Shown here: piece by piece, positions 24,052 to 37,800 of the stretch | Position numbering within the stretch: the stretch's first letter is position 1 | How the letters are laid out: the number at the start of each line of letters is the position of its first letter | Source: Ylistrum balloti | Lineage: Eukaryota | Reading direction: 5' to 3' | Length of the DNA stretch: 64,000 nt | Assembly: GCF_031769215.1 (NCBI RefSeq) | Contig: NW_026782179.1 | Coordinates: 2,108,001 to 2,172,000 of the forward strand | The notes under the pieces: generated by a model | What the model saw: only the letters and a program-made list of their open reading frames with translations | What the model was told of the DNA's origin: nothing | Database searches by the model: none | Program-made: the position numbers and the translations under genes

Positions 24052-25840
24052 GATCCACTAACGAGAGTATTCGCAGTACACTGATATATTTTTCGTTCAT
24101 TGTTTTAGAAAGGCATTATTTTATTGATACTATCTCTATTTATAGAACAGGTAAGGCAGTGTAAAAGTAGTTAATTAAATGAAGAAGAGTAATAATGTGA
24201 TGGGTAGACGAAAGGTAGGCGAAGTGCAAACAAACTTTTCATAACATCACCGCCAGTGTATAAGGTACTTGATACTCTAATCGGAAACTTACGCATTCAA
24301 AGCAGCTATGGCTGACTGTAGGCTTTCACGTTCTGGGTCTTGACATGATCATTCCAAAAACTAATGATAATTATTTGCAACAAATATTACATAAATGTGA
24401 TATGGCACTCTTTCAATTAACCGTACTTTCATATGAATTTTCCAGATTCAAGATTGGTGTGGACTTTTTGTCGATATTATCATTTCTTAAAGCCGTATTT
24501 TGGTGGGTTTATGGTATACAAAATGAAGATTAAGATACAATTTATTACAAATAGGTGTTCATTTGATTTACTGATGGTCCTTGTACAACGTCCTCTCGTA
24601 TTTTGGCGTGGACAATCCTCGGAAAACAAGCTAGGCTTCAAAATACATATGTCTAATGAAAAGGACGGCATATCTTTCAATGATGAGAGTTATATGTAAT
24701 ACCAACGGTGCTCAAGCGATCCTGTTCGAGCGGTCCCAGGTGGTCTCCTTTCTAAGCAATCCCTGGAGATAACAAGTTCGAAGCAAAAGTGAAAATTCCC
24801 CCCCCCCCCCCCATAATTTTTGACATTGTGACAAAGAATGTCCCAGAAATGCTTTGCGCTAATGACGAATAGCAATATGGCGGAATGACATATCAAAAAT
24901 CCACTCGGGACCTCTCCATCAATTAGGATCTTGATCAGCAAATCTGCTGAGATTGTCCTTAAGAATAAGGAAAACTAAAAGCTATGAGCTAGTTGGGAAC
25001 ACAATAAATAGAGTACATTCATCAAAAAGATGAATACTTGCTTAACTTTCGGTTTCATTAATATTAACAAATATTTGGCCATGTTTGTTTACCAATAGAT
25101 CCGACGGTATGTCCATCATAAAAAGTCATTCTTGATTGTAGTCCCATGCCTAGCATAACTTATGAAATAGATTATGAGTGATGCTACGCTCGATGCTCCT
25201 ATTCATCTTAAACATCATTCATTATTATATTTAAACTTCACATGGCAGAGATAATCGTTCAGTAGACGAATTAACAATAGGTACTTGATATGCCTCTGTA
25301 TATTAAACGATATCATCTCGGACTACATTTACATTGTGAACCAGGTAACAAAATACCTCATCAGCATGACAAGGACGTTATGTATATATATTTATAATGT
25401 AGTAGTCATGTCTATAAGCTTCTGGCATTCACGCTTAGTTGGGACGCTATACCTCAGTCGTGTTAGCGTTGGCCTACGTAACCTGCGCGACACAGAGTGC
25501 ATGGTTCGACGCTCCTTATCCTTGGTGTTTATGTTCCTCGGGAAGCTAAAAAACGGACCGGACAGTGCTGCACGTAGATACATCCTTAACCACAATTGCT
25601 CTGACTGGCATACGACGGGCCTCCCGCATATTGTTCAGTGATGTAACCAGCCACCAGATAATGTAAGAAAGTTCCATCTCCATATAACCATGGCTGTTCA
25701 TAGGGCGATAACCCCACTAAACAAAGCTTTCATATAGAAATCTACCAGTTATACAGAATTAAAGAATTCTAAAAACTCTTCACAGGACAACGTGTTCATT
25801 TCATTCGTGTTTGATATGGTTAGACATGGTATTAAAAAGA

Positions 25841-25988
25841 GAAGACATGGTCAGTTTCTCTAAATATAAACTGTATTTTGACGAGGGTGTAGAAAGACAA
25901 AAGTAGCGAACCTCTGGTGAGCCACTTTTGTCTTTCTGTCTCGAGCCAAAATACAGTTTACATTTTAAAGACATTGACCATGTTTTCC
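25841..25988. repeat. Approximately 150-bp imperfect palindrome (fold-back element or hairpin RNA)
   Basis: Arm pairs: catggtca/tgaccatg, aaactgtattttg/caaaatacagttt (13/13), cgag/ctcg, agaaagacaaaagt/acttttgtctttct (14/14); central loop about 19 nt. Confidence 0.85.
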
Positions 25989-27599
25989 ATTTATCCTGCA
26001 ATATTGATTGAAAATCAGGCTATAGAAACTCGACGGCTTTGTTGTTTAATCTGTGTTTGTCTGAATTGACGTACACTGAATCTTACCTGATGACGGACGC
26101 CAAAATAATTGCTCCGCGCGGAAACATGGTTCGAAACTCCATCGGATATCACGGCGATTTTATGAATTTTCATAAATCAACTTGTTCATTACAACATGTA
26201 TAATTGCTTATTTCAATAACTATACATTTCTAAACGTAATATTTAATTAAATACAGAGATTAATTCTATCGAATCACCGCACGTGCTAAAATACAACTGT
26301 TTTCCGTCACTGCATAATACAGCTAAATATATATGTGACAGATGTATTCCGACAACTTCGGTGCCAGTCCCGGGGTCAATATCTATATGATGTATTAAGC
26401 AAGAGTTGCGACATCTGAAATGTGAAATTTAAACCTCGTAGCAACATCCATGACTAGACGGACAAACAATCACAGTTAGACGAGTTCAAAGTTCTTTATG
26501 ATAAATTGATCAAGTAATACACAATATCATCGGAGAGATAACAAAACAAATAATTCGTATCTAGTTTCAGCAAAGTTAACATTGATATAACGTGCATGTT
26601 TCTGTAGATATATTATAAGGTCATCAAGATGATACCAACCTGAAAGCAAAACGGTGGAACGAAGGCAGAGGAAAATTAAAACTCGACATTACTGAAGGAT
26701 AAACGCTTCCATCAACCTGCTTCTCTTCAAACTCTGTATCATTTCCGTCGGCAGTTTTAGCCATCCATAAAATATCGGCACAATATGAACCTAACTTACC
26801 TCGACAACTCGCCTATCACACTTCTATCGCCCTGTCGGGTACTAGGGTGATGTAATAGTTTAACTTCATCATTGACAGATACCCAGGTATTAATATTGGT
26901 TTTTTATCATTTATAAAACTGGACATTTTCTGGCGACTATTTATGATTTACCTAATTTGTTGACGCCTGCGGTCAACGGTCAAAACATTAATTCATTAAT
27001 TCAACTTCATTTTCCTGGAAGCCTTGGAACTTATTAGATACAACAAATAGTCCAATATAGTTTTATGTGAACGTTCTTATACTCCGACGCGCACACGAAT
27101 TTAACGTAAAACATTTTATTATTATCTACCAGAGTTACTTCCCTTCGTTTACTCTATCATCAGTTTTGCGATAAATGTGTCAGACGATGGTGGCAAAGAA
27201 TGATTTCACTAATTAAAGTTTGAATTTTTCACTGACGCAGTTTCATATCTAAGACACAAATCTTCAAATAATTTAATAAGAAGTAAATTAGATCCAGATT
27301 TCCCATGATCAATGCAGTATATCGTGGGAATTGTTGAAAAGCGACACAAACTAATTCGACATTTGTCTATACATTCTTAACTTTTAAGTATTTCTGATGA
27401 ATTTCTGTCAAGATCAAGATGAAAAATATTTTCATGGCGTTTATCAATAATTAAAACATAAGTTTACCTTAAACAAATGTTTACAAGAGGCTGATATCCA
27501 AGGTCGAGGTTATCATGTATATAGGGATAACTTTTATACCTCACCTGACTTACTCACATTTATTTTCGCTTAGAAAACTTATGCTTGTGGTACTGTAAG

Positions 27600-28020
27600 G
27601 TCCTATCGCCGAGGTCTGACACGGAATATCATGCAGAAAAGTCATATGGTATCATCAATAGGGGTGATATGATCTTCGGGAATGAAATGTCGAAGTATTC
27701 TTGTGTCATGGAAATCATGAAGCTAAATGCCTACACCACACGACAGGACAGGGTAAACAACAGCTTTCCTTCCTCAGATTTACACAGTGTCATACGCGGA
27801 CTGGTGGATGGGTTCATCTCCACTTCCAGGAAAGGAAGACCATCTCTGCTGCCCTTAGATGATTGCCTTGCAAAGAGGCATCTGCTTGGTACCCTACCCT
27901 CACGGCCATGAAGTCATGTCTGCTACACCAAATGCAAAAGTGGACTGCAGGATAAGGCCAGCCAAACAAAACGTGTTTGTATAGAATGTAGAAAATATCT
28001 CTGTTGTCTATCATCACCAG
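27600..28020 (+). mobile_element. Degenerate piggyBac-like transposase C-terminal remnant
   Basis: One frame with an internal stop reads KLNAY...RKGRPSLLPLDDCLAKRHLLGTLPSRP*SHVCYTKCKSG...TKRVCIECRKYLC. This resembles the piggyBac GRP...RL..RH.P..IP...C..C...T...C..C...LC cysteine-rich domain. Confidence 0.5.
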
Positions 28021-28964
28021 TAAAGTATCTCTAGAAACAGGAACACTTTGTATTCTTGGCAGTACTAAACTGTTTGAGGATTGACCTGTCACCACGGATT
28101 ACCAATTTTCTTCAATGAAACCATAATGAATAACAAAAACACATAAGAAAAGAAAAAACTTCACTGCATTAATATATATTCAAAGAAAGCTACATGTCGC
28201 ACTTGAAAACACAAAACTTGAAAACAGGAAAGAAAAACAAAAACAAAGACTGGACTGTATATGCTGGTGCAGGCGTTTAACACTAAAGCCACTGTGTTGT
28301 TTATTGTCTTTTCTATTTTCTATTATTTTCTTTTTTGGTGGGGGTGGGGGGTGGGGGGGGGGGAGTCACATTTCGTTTTCATATAGCTTTTTCGTAAAAA
28401 TGTATCTTAGTGTTGTGGATGGGGTTGTCCTTCTTAAAGTTGGACAGAGTTGCTAAGATTGCGGCAAATAACTGACATCGAAAATTTGCCGTCAGTACAT
28501 TCTACCTCCGACTATGAAAGCAGTTCAGATCGATTTATAAATACATAGCTCTGTCTATAAAGGTACACTTTCCATTTTTGTTAGGTTGATTGCGTGTCTC
28601 TGTTACGAATGTAGCTCTTGTTGTCGGTACAAAACGAAAGTTTCCAACTTTTATTTCAACATTTGATATTGTTGGCTTACAAGTAACAATATGATATGCG
28701 GAGCATAGGCGAAAGGAAACTAAAAGGAAAAAATGAAAAAAAAATTTCAACGGTTATGATAAACATCAAACGGATTTTATTACATAAATGCTGCGGCGCG
28801 TTTGTGCCTTTCGCATGGATATTGATGTTATGTCATAAGTTCCCCGATGCAGAAAATTGTACACGAACTTAAAAGGATAATGAGAAAATGGGAAATGTCG
28901 GGACAAAATGCCTACTACACAGTGTGCTTCGTCACTGCCATCTTGAAATTGCCCCTCCGAACCT

Positions 28965-29400
28965 GTGTATACTGATTATCAGGTTGATGAAATGTGTTTA
29001 TTTCACCGCGTGTCAGGAGCATTAATGTCGATTCTGCTTAGCAAATATTCACCAGACGGTAGAATTATTGACGAAATTATTACAAAATTAAGATTAGGCA
29101 AAACAAAATTGAAATCGAACTTTAATATTATGATAATACACATATCACCAAACTGTGAGTTCTGTAATAATGTGGAAACAATCGATCATATTTTCTTCTG
29201 TCTCCAACATTTAACAGCTAGAGCAGAGCTATAAAATGAATTTAATAGTAATAAAATCGCTGCTATTTCCACCAATCACATTTTCATGGCGGTCCTCACT
29301 AAATATACAGGGCATTGTCTGCAAAATAATAATTCGGTATTTGAAAACTACAGATTTCTTAAACAAAATACAACATCAGACACAATACTGAACATTGAAT
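28965..29400 (+). mobile_element. 3' remnant of a non-LTR retrotransposon ORF2 (C-terminal zinc-knuckle region; Nimb/I/Ingi-like)
   Basis: IITKLRLGKTKL...SPNCEFCNNVETIDHIFFC...R..L, then after disruption VCKIIIRYLKTTDFLNKI, a typical LINE ORF2 ending. Confidence 0.7.
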
Positions 29401-31260
29401 TGCAAAGGAAATAGTGTAGGATTTGGAGAGTCGGGCCCACACCTAGGTCACTGGACGCAGTAGAGCTGTTGGGAAGGGCAATGGGGATAAACAGTTCTCG
29501 TTAATTTTTACACAGAACTATTTATTCAACTCTGGTTATTGGGTCAAACACTACACCAATACCTGGAATCACGAAATCTAGAATTTCACATAATTATACT
29601 CAACACACAGCCATACAACACAGCATACAATCCAACTAAACACTATACAAAACTCGACCCCGCCCCACCACCACCCCTACCCTATCTCACATCCTATATA
29701 AATAGTATTTCGATATATATATCCACGCAATATTTTTTTATTAAGAGAAATCGAAATCTATTTACACAGTAAGTATGTGTTGTATATAATCTTAGCACTA
29801 CTATGCACTGTGGTGTTATACAAGTTGACTTGTCTAGTTTCCTCTTGAAGACAGTAATTACGTGTGACCTGTATGTTGCCCGAAGGTGTGAGTTCCCCAC
29901 ATCGACATCGGACCCCTCCACGCCACAAGGCAGTGTTCAGTCCATGTGTTGTTTCACGGGGCAGGGGGTCCGCTTAGGGAGTCGGCTTCCTTTGTAGTGT
30001 ACTTGCTGGCCAGTGTGTGTAGGATGGAGTGACCACGATGGAGATACAGCACAAGATAATGTCCATATCTTACTAAATCATACGCTTACATGTTTTAAAC
30101 AGGTTACAATTTATATGAACTTTAATCACATCGACATTTTTTTCAATTATGGGGGGAAAAGTCAATGAATACAAATAATCTTTGCTTTGTCAAATTTTCT
30201 GAACTGTTTGTATAACAACCTGGATGAATACTATGCCATATGTCCCTGATTTAATTAGTTATAGTGATTAATATAAGCTGACAACTTCATTCGCAGTTGT
30301 TGTAAATTAAATAAAGTTTATATTTTACATTCAATTAGTTATGAACGGCCTACTGTTTATTATCTACATACCGGCATGTAGGTTGAGTAACCAAGATTTT
30401 AATAGTTTGTAAACCCTGATTTCAGAAATTAAACTGCATAATTTTGTTGCTGAAATCACTCGTTGTCACTATAAGAAATGTGTTAATTGTTCATAAGAGT
30501 ATGTGACTTTATGAAGCGCCGTTTTACTATAGTAACCAATAAATGATTAAACAGTACCTAATATGTACCTGCCATTGGAAGCAGTAGTATGTTGGTAAAA
30601 GAGTTATATAAAATAATATGATTCATTCATTAACTTATTCATATCTATTATTTATGATACTAGTATAATTACGATTACCTATTAAATATACATGCACGTG
30701 ATCCTTATTATGGAAAATGATTACTTAATTCAGTTATAACTGTATAATCTAGTTATGATTTTCAGTGTCTCCTTGGTTATAATATCACGGGATATATTTC
30801 GATACACAAAGTGTTTATTTCCGTAATAGTTTAATGAGGGTTTTGCAGGAAAAGTGGTAGATAACAATATTTCTGCAGAGTAAAGTTTATAACTGAAGAA
30901 GTCGTCCAATATTAGGACTAAATTTATAAACATGTATATTTTTTCCTGTTAATTGTGCAGTTGCTTTGAATAACATATGATGGGCCTGCAGCATGTTGTG
31001 CAAAGACGAAGAAATGAGCATGGTCATTTTACAGCAAAAAATACCCAAATGTTGCCTTTAGTCTCTTTTCATCAACGACAATCACGGTTCTATTCAGTAT
31101 CATTGGTTTACAAGCACAACTTACGTAAAATTACTTTGATGGACTTATACAGTTAACGTAGAATTTGATGATTTGAAGGAGCAACTTATTTTTTTAAAAA
31201 AGTATCAGATTCTGAAGGTTAAGCATTTCATATATTTCTAATTTTGATGAGGCCTTTAGC

Positions 31261-31457
31261 AACCTGTAATTTGCCGAACTTTGTATGCCGAACTCCTGCT
31301 AGAAGTGATTTGATTGGTCCGTCAATATTTCCCGCACTCCGTCAACACCCAAGCTCTGCTTGGCCTATCTGACAGGACGAATACCGTTCAGTAAACAAAT
31401 GTTGAAACCTGAACTCGGCAAAGTGAACAGTTGACTGAGAGGAACACTATTTTGACG
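31261..31457 (+). other. Candidate non-coding 5'UTR exon of the second giant-exon gene
   Basis: CpG-richer patch ending at donor ACG|GTAAAT (31457/31458). An in-frame stop lies just upstream, so it would be non-coding when joined to the acceptor at 34830/34831. Confidence 0.35.
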
Positions 31458-33529
31458 GTAAATATCAATAAAATACATTTGATATTTTGTCAATATTTTT
31501 GTTTAATACTAGGATAAATATAGAAGGGGACATGGCCACTTGTTTTCGCTGGAGCAGGAAAAAATAACCTGATTTGTTTGTCAACAACACCACTTTGATC
31601 TTCGAAATAGATTTTGAAGAATTTCGTCACAGTGATAAGTCTTTACATTCCTATGGATCGATATAACAAATCATGAATGAAGTCAAAGATAATGTTCTAT
31701 TTAGTATGAATGAATACTGATTATGATAGTGTTGTTGGTCGCGATTTGGTAAAGTTGTTTTTCATCAAGTCGGCATGCAGCTGCAGACGTGGGCTGAGGT
31801 ATACTATTTCTCTGAAAGCATAATTGAAGGTGTAGGTTAAGCAAATGTTAATGTCTTTTCTATGAAGTGCATGCAATTTTGTCGAATTGTGTTGTGTTAT
31901 TCCAATGAATGACATTTTGATTTACATTTTCAAAGTGGAACAATTACATTAACAAGGTAATTAAATTTAGACTTCTCATAATGGACATGAAAAATCACAA
32001 GATGGAGATCGATTTTTTTGTAAAATTTCATTGAAGACCGTAGCATTACCGAAATTGGGATTGAGTTTAAAACTGAGAAAGGGGATATCCAAACATGTTA
32101 AAGAAGTTGGGAAAAAACATGGGTAATAACTCTCAATGATATCAATTCACAAAAATCCAGAGGAAAAAACTGCTTCAAATTCTTTGTGTATAAAAGTATA
32201 TCAAGGTTTAAATAGATTAGTTGAAAAAAAACAAGAAGTTATCACAGGAAAAAGATAAAAGTGTTGTAAAAGACTAAAGTTACTCTGCCAGAAATCATCA
32301 AATTAAAATGGTTTCAGGAAAACAGCTTTATCATGCTTATTATGTCAATAAGATGTCACAAGGAATAAATTATAATGTTTGACTTTTAAAAAAAAAAATG
32401 AAGAAAAAATGATAATACAACGATTGTCAAGTTTATTATTTTAATAATCATTCTTGTAAACATGGATTGAAGATACCCCTGCAAGTCTGATTTCATATGC
32501 ACCATAGTATCACACAGTCAAAAAACAGTTTTACACTTGTTTGGTCATTGATCAAGGTTGAACATCAAGGTTTCACTTGACTATTTTTTAGATAAAAAAT
32601 ATGTACACAAGATATCTAAAGAACCTCTGAATAGTTTTATTTTATATTCATATATTGTTATGCCATCAAGTTTACCTAAGTAGATTTTGATAGTCATTAG
32701 TCAAGGTTGAAAATCAATGTCACTCTTGACCACTTATTAAATAAAATGCTTGTGGTCAAGATGTCTTTTGAACCCCTGAATAGATTCAGTTTATATTCAT
32801 ACCTCAACATTGTGCCACAAATATCACCATATACTACTTTAGAAATGAAAAAACTTGTTTATAAGTTGTGAATCCCAGTAGCATTAAGAGGGCTACTTGG
32901 ATAAAAGTGGTAAAATGGAATTCTTTGAAAAAGAAAAGGACTGGAACTGCTGAAAAGTGTTAAAAAGACTTAATTGGTAATAAAAAGAACAGGGTATGGT
33001 TGATATATAACAATATTTTGTTAACCCAATTCAGCCCCATTCCCAATACAAAAAAATAATACCCAATTTTTACCTAAAATCCCCAATTTGAAAATGTGAA
33101 AATAAATATTTGTATTAATGAGTGTTAAAGACAGTGATTTGAGTTGTGTAAAGGGCATGTCTGCGCATGTCAGACCTACATAGAAAGTATCCTGTTTTTT
33201 TCCCCCGTAATTTAATTTTCATCATATGTCTAAAGTTACTACATCAGTGAAGCATGAGCGCTTAGGACTAGGAAGCCAACAGTAAAGCATTTAAGTGATC
33301 AAACAACATGTTTAAACAACACAAAATATGTCAGTTCATACACTGGGTGATCTTGTAGCTTTAAGTAAGGCATAACAAGGTGTTAAATTGGCCCAAGTTG
33401 AACTAAAAGTTCTTCTGAATTTCCTCTTTATATATACCAAGGATGGTCTGCTGTATTATGCCTTTGCCACATGGCTAATTCTGATGACTTAAGATTATGA
33501 TATATGACAAAGTTTGTGTAAAAAAATTA

Positions 33530-34500
33530 CACTGACCCTTATTCAAGTTCACTAGGGTCAAATTAGTTGAATCCTTATTCTGAATTATTAAAAGGCACCG
33601 AAGTAAGATATTTGGCTGAAATGTTTTTAGTACAAGTCTTGACAATGTTTTTGAAAAGAAATGACCTTGACCTATATTCAAGGCCATAGTAATTGAATTT
33701 GTTAGCACTTTAAAAAACTTATTTTGATTAACCAAAAAGCACAGAGGCGTTGTATTTGGCTGGTAGGTTCTAAGAATTACTCCCCACAAATACTTTGAAA
33801 GGTCATTGACCTATATTTTGACCTTTGACCCCTTCAAAGGAAAGTTTGTTTGGATTCTATCTTTTAAACATCTAGTCATGGAAACTTGATGCTTAGGACA
33901 TGGGTTAACCTTGGTAAGACAACTTGTTATGTATAAAAAGTAGGCTACTCTGACCTAGTTATATTTGACTTTCAACCTATAGCTACAGCAAAACAGAATT
34001 GTCCAGGCTCTATCTCTTACATCACTTGTCACTTGAACTTCATATCTCTTACATCACTTATCACTTGAACTTCATATTTGAAATACAGGTTCGTGATAGT
34101 GAATAGCTCTTGTGTATGAAAAGTAGATCACCCTGTCCCACATTTCAACCTTCGACATACTTAAAAAGTTTCTCCTGACTCCTGTCTCCTACACAACTCT
34201 TCAATGGAATTTCATACTTGGGGTATGGGTGTATTCTGGTGAGACAGTTTGTCATGTATCAAAAGTAGGTTACTTCGGACTACATTTCGACCTTTGACCT
34301 AAAGGAAAGAAAAATTTTGACCTGACTTTATCTCCTATAATACTTGTTACTGGAACTTCATACTTGGATTATGGGTTTGCTTCAGTGAGAAGTAAGTTAC
34401 TGTGACCAACTGTTTTCTTTCGACTTGCATCAAAGGAAATGTTTGTCATGATTTTATCTCCTACACTGCTAATCTTGAATGTCATACTTTTGGTTTGGTT
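33530..34500 (+). mobile_element. Decayed array of HINE-type internal units (gacct...tttgacc...gaacttcatac...atggg...aaaagtagg), with a 32-bp tandem duplication at 34013-34076
   Basis: Related units recur at about 40370-40470 and 43690-43860. Confidence 0.5.
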
Positions 34501-34850
34501 TTACCTGTGTAGGTCAGTGTGTCTGAAGGAGAGTATACTTTGCCAAAATGTCTTGTTTTGATTTGTTTTATTATGAATGAACTAAATGTCAAAGATGTGA
34601 TTTGCTTTGGTATCAATTTTCTGAAGTTTGTGTAGATAATGGTGCTTAATGCATTTCTCCTCTCCTCCTTCAGTTTTGGCGATGAAGAAGTAAAGTATCT
34701 GAATCTAAAAGAAATCCATAGAGAAAATGTTAAAAATTTTCAGGGTTTTTTCTTGTCTGTGATGTTTAGTTTGAAAGCTTCAAATATAGTACACATTGAT
34801 ATGAGAATTATTTTTGCTTTCTGCTTTCAGGATTGTCCCCCACTGGAACC

Positions 34851-37800
34851 ATGACTCATCCACCTAAGAAGAAGCTTTCATTGTCAGAAAGGTTTGGGAC
34901 CATTGGACCTTTAGCTGACTATCGCAATAAGGCTCAGAAAAATTCAGAAATGGTCAGCAAGCTACAGCTGCAAATTACAGAGGTAGTGAGGAAACGCTCG
35001 GAGGGGTATGACAGAGAGTCACAAGCAAAAATGATAAGTAAGGAAATTTCTGATGTGCAACAAAGGTTTGATGATGCTCCTGTTGCCTGTCAAAAGTTCA
35101 CACCATTTAAAGTTGAACTTAGAGTAAACATTGATAAAAAGCATGCTGAGCCCCAAAAGGGCAGTAAGATGAATGAAAAGGCATATTACAATGAAAATTT
35201 GGATACTCCCTTTAAAAGTCAACCGAATAAGACAAGTCCAAGCAAGGGGAATGAGAGTATAGCCAGCCATGTCTCTGTATTGGAACACCATACTCAAAAT
35301 GATTCAGTGTCAAATGGCACTGCAGCAATTATGGCTGTCACAGAAAATGAATCTAAGATGAAGATCAATTTGCAGAAATCCTTAATCCCATGTACAAAGA
35401 CTGAAAAAGATGTGAATATCCAGCCTTTACCTGAATTAAACCAGGACGCTTTATCATCTGAAACACATCAACCTTGTGACGTGAAAGTAAACTCAAATAA
35501 CGCTTGGCTTCAAGGAAATTCTACACACCATTCACCACAAAACGCAGCTGTCAATCTGATATCAGTTGAGGAACAGCAAAAACAGAACCAAAATAGAACC
35601 CAGTGCATCAGAAAGACTCCTCAGTTAGGGAAAGACTGCTGTGATGTAGGAAACTATACAGAACCCAAAAATATGACAAAAGAACCATTTAACAAAGCAA
35701 TCAGTGCAAAACCCATGCTTAGCTTCAATAATGGATATGGTGGAATGAACATGGCAAATCCAAATTCAATGAGAATTCCTCAGTCAGGGAAAGAGAGCTG
35801 TAATGAAGGGAACTATACTGAACCCAAAAATATGGCAAAAGAACCATTTAACAAAGCAATCGGTGCAAAACCCATGCCTAGTTTCAATAATGGGTATGTT
35901 GGAATGAACATTGCAAGTCCAAATTCAATGAGAAGGCAAGGTTCCAATACCAGTCCAAATTACAGCAAGGGGAAATATGCAAAGAAGACAAGTCCAATTT
36001 TCAAGCATGGAAAAGGTTCTAGTACATGTCCAAACTTTAACAAGGGAAAAGATTCTAATTACAAATCAATTAAAAAATACAATAAGGGTGAAAAATCAAA
36101 GACAAGTCCAAATTTTAACCAGGGGAAAGGTTTCAAGGCAGGTCCAAACTTTGACAAGGGGAAAGGATCAAAGACAAGTCCAAATCTTAACCAGGGAAAA
36201 GGTTTCAAGGCAGGTCCAAACTTTAACAAGGGGAAAGGATCAAAGACAAGTCCAAATTTTAACCAGGGGAAAGGTTTCAACTCAGGTCCAAACTTTGACA
36301 AGGGGAAAGGATCAAAGACCAGTCCAAATTTCAACAAAGGAAAAGGTTATAATTCAACTGCATCATTCAACAATGACAAAAGTAACAATACTAGTCCAAT
36401 TTTCAACAGTGAAAAAAGGTCTAATACAAGTCCAAAATTTGACCAAGGGTTATTCTTGCAAAGCAGGCAAAATGTCCGTGAAAGACAAGACTGTAAAACA
36501 AGTCTATTTTACAGCTGGAAACCAGATTCTCAGACTGCTCCAAACTTCATTAAGGGACAAGACTTCAAGACCAGTCCTAACTACAGCCATATCCACAGTA
36601 TTGAGACCAATACAAATGTGAGTATATGTTCTGAGTCAAGTCCTAATCTGAACAAAGGACAAGGATTTCAGACTAGTTTAAACTTTGATAAGAAAACAGG
36701 ATTCCAAACTAGCCCAAATTTCAAACAGAATACTTTAAATTCAATTGGATGCAACACTTTCGGACTAAGTAATCAACTGCCTGGTGGGACTAATTTTCGG
36801 CAATATTATGGAGCAAATACTTTCTCCAGTGATGACCCTTGCACAGTTTATGACACTCGGGATAAATTCTACAATTATCAGAGAGGAAACCAGTTTTCAA
36901 AAGGTCAACAACAAAGAGACAATTTCCACAACGAACCTGGATTTGGAGGACAGCCAATTAATCAGCAAAGTTCATTTTCATCTATTCCTGCAAATCAAAG
37001 TATTGTCAACAAGGCAAGACCAAGTAATCAGGACAAAATTTCACAACCTTTTGTCCACTCTCCAAGTAAACAGTTTGACATAACAGGTGGTTTTGGGAAA
37101 AGACATGCATCTCCTGTTGCTTCCAATCAGTACATGGCACCGACAAAGAAAAGGATGTTGACCACTGATCCTTTGTATAAAGATGTTCCTTCTGTTCAAA
37201 ACAGACTTCCATATGTGCAAGATAAGTTACCCAACACACCTATACAGGAAAATCCTTGCGGTGCTGTCTCCCATGGTAAAGTATATAATGGAAATGGCAA
37301 TTTCCCTTATGGATATTACCCTGGTCATGTTGCAAATACTTCATTTCAAACACCAGTAATGAGTAATTATGGACTGGCTCTCCATGGCCCTTTCACACCA
37401 AAGACTCGAAATGCATCATCCCAGAATTGTTCATTAACCCTTGATAGTACTGATAGCAAATGTTACCATTTGAATGACCCTCAGGATTTGTCTCGAACAA
37501 AGCAGTACCTTTTCAACAAGATGTTTGATAAAAGTGATGCAGGAGATGGTACGAAAATCACTGAGGATACTGGAATTCCTGGAATGAATATGAAGCCTAC
37601 TGGCGATGTTGTTAAACCTACTGGATTTTATAAGGAAATACTAAAGGAAAGTAGAGAAACAAGTCAAAATGAGAAGGAAGAAACTGAGCTTGTTTCCACT
37701 CTGCTAACACAATGCCAGGCAATGGCTCAAAAGGATGATGACAAACAAGCATTGCATACAATTTTTAACATTATCCACCAAGAAATGGGACATCAATCTT

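Noticed and set aside
25285-25700. GC-richer patch with short ORFs on both strands
   Set aside because: No frame gave a recognisable protein; left unannotated.
28338-28363. G-rich tract with G-quadruplex potential
   Set aside because: A simple homopolymer-like run, common and error-prone in assemblies; no functional evidence.
34639-34854. 71-aa ORF upstream of the second giant exon
   Set aside because: It runs through the intron pyrimidine tract and acceptor; intronic composition.
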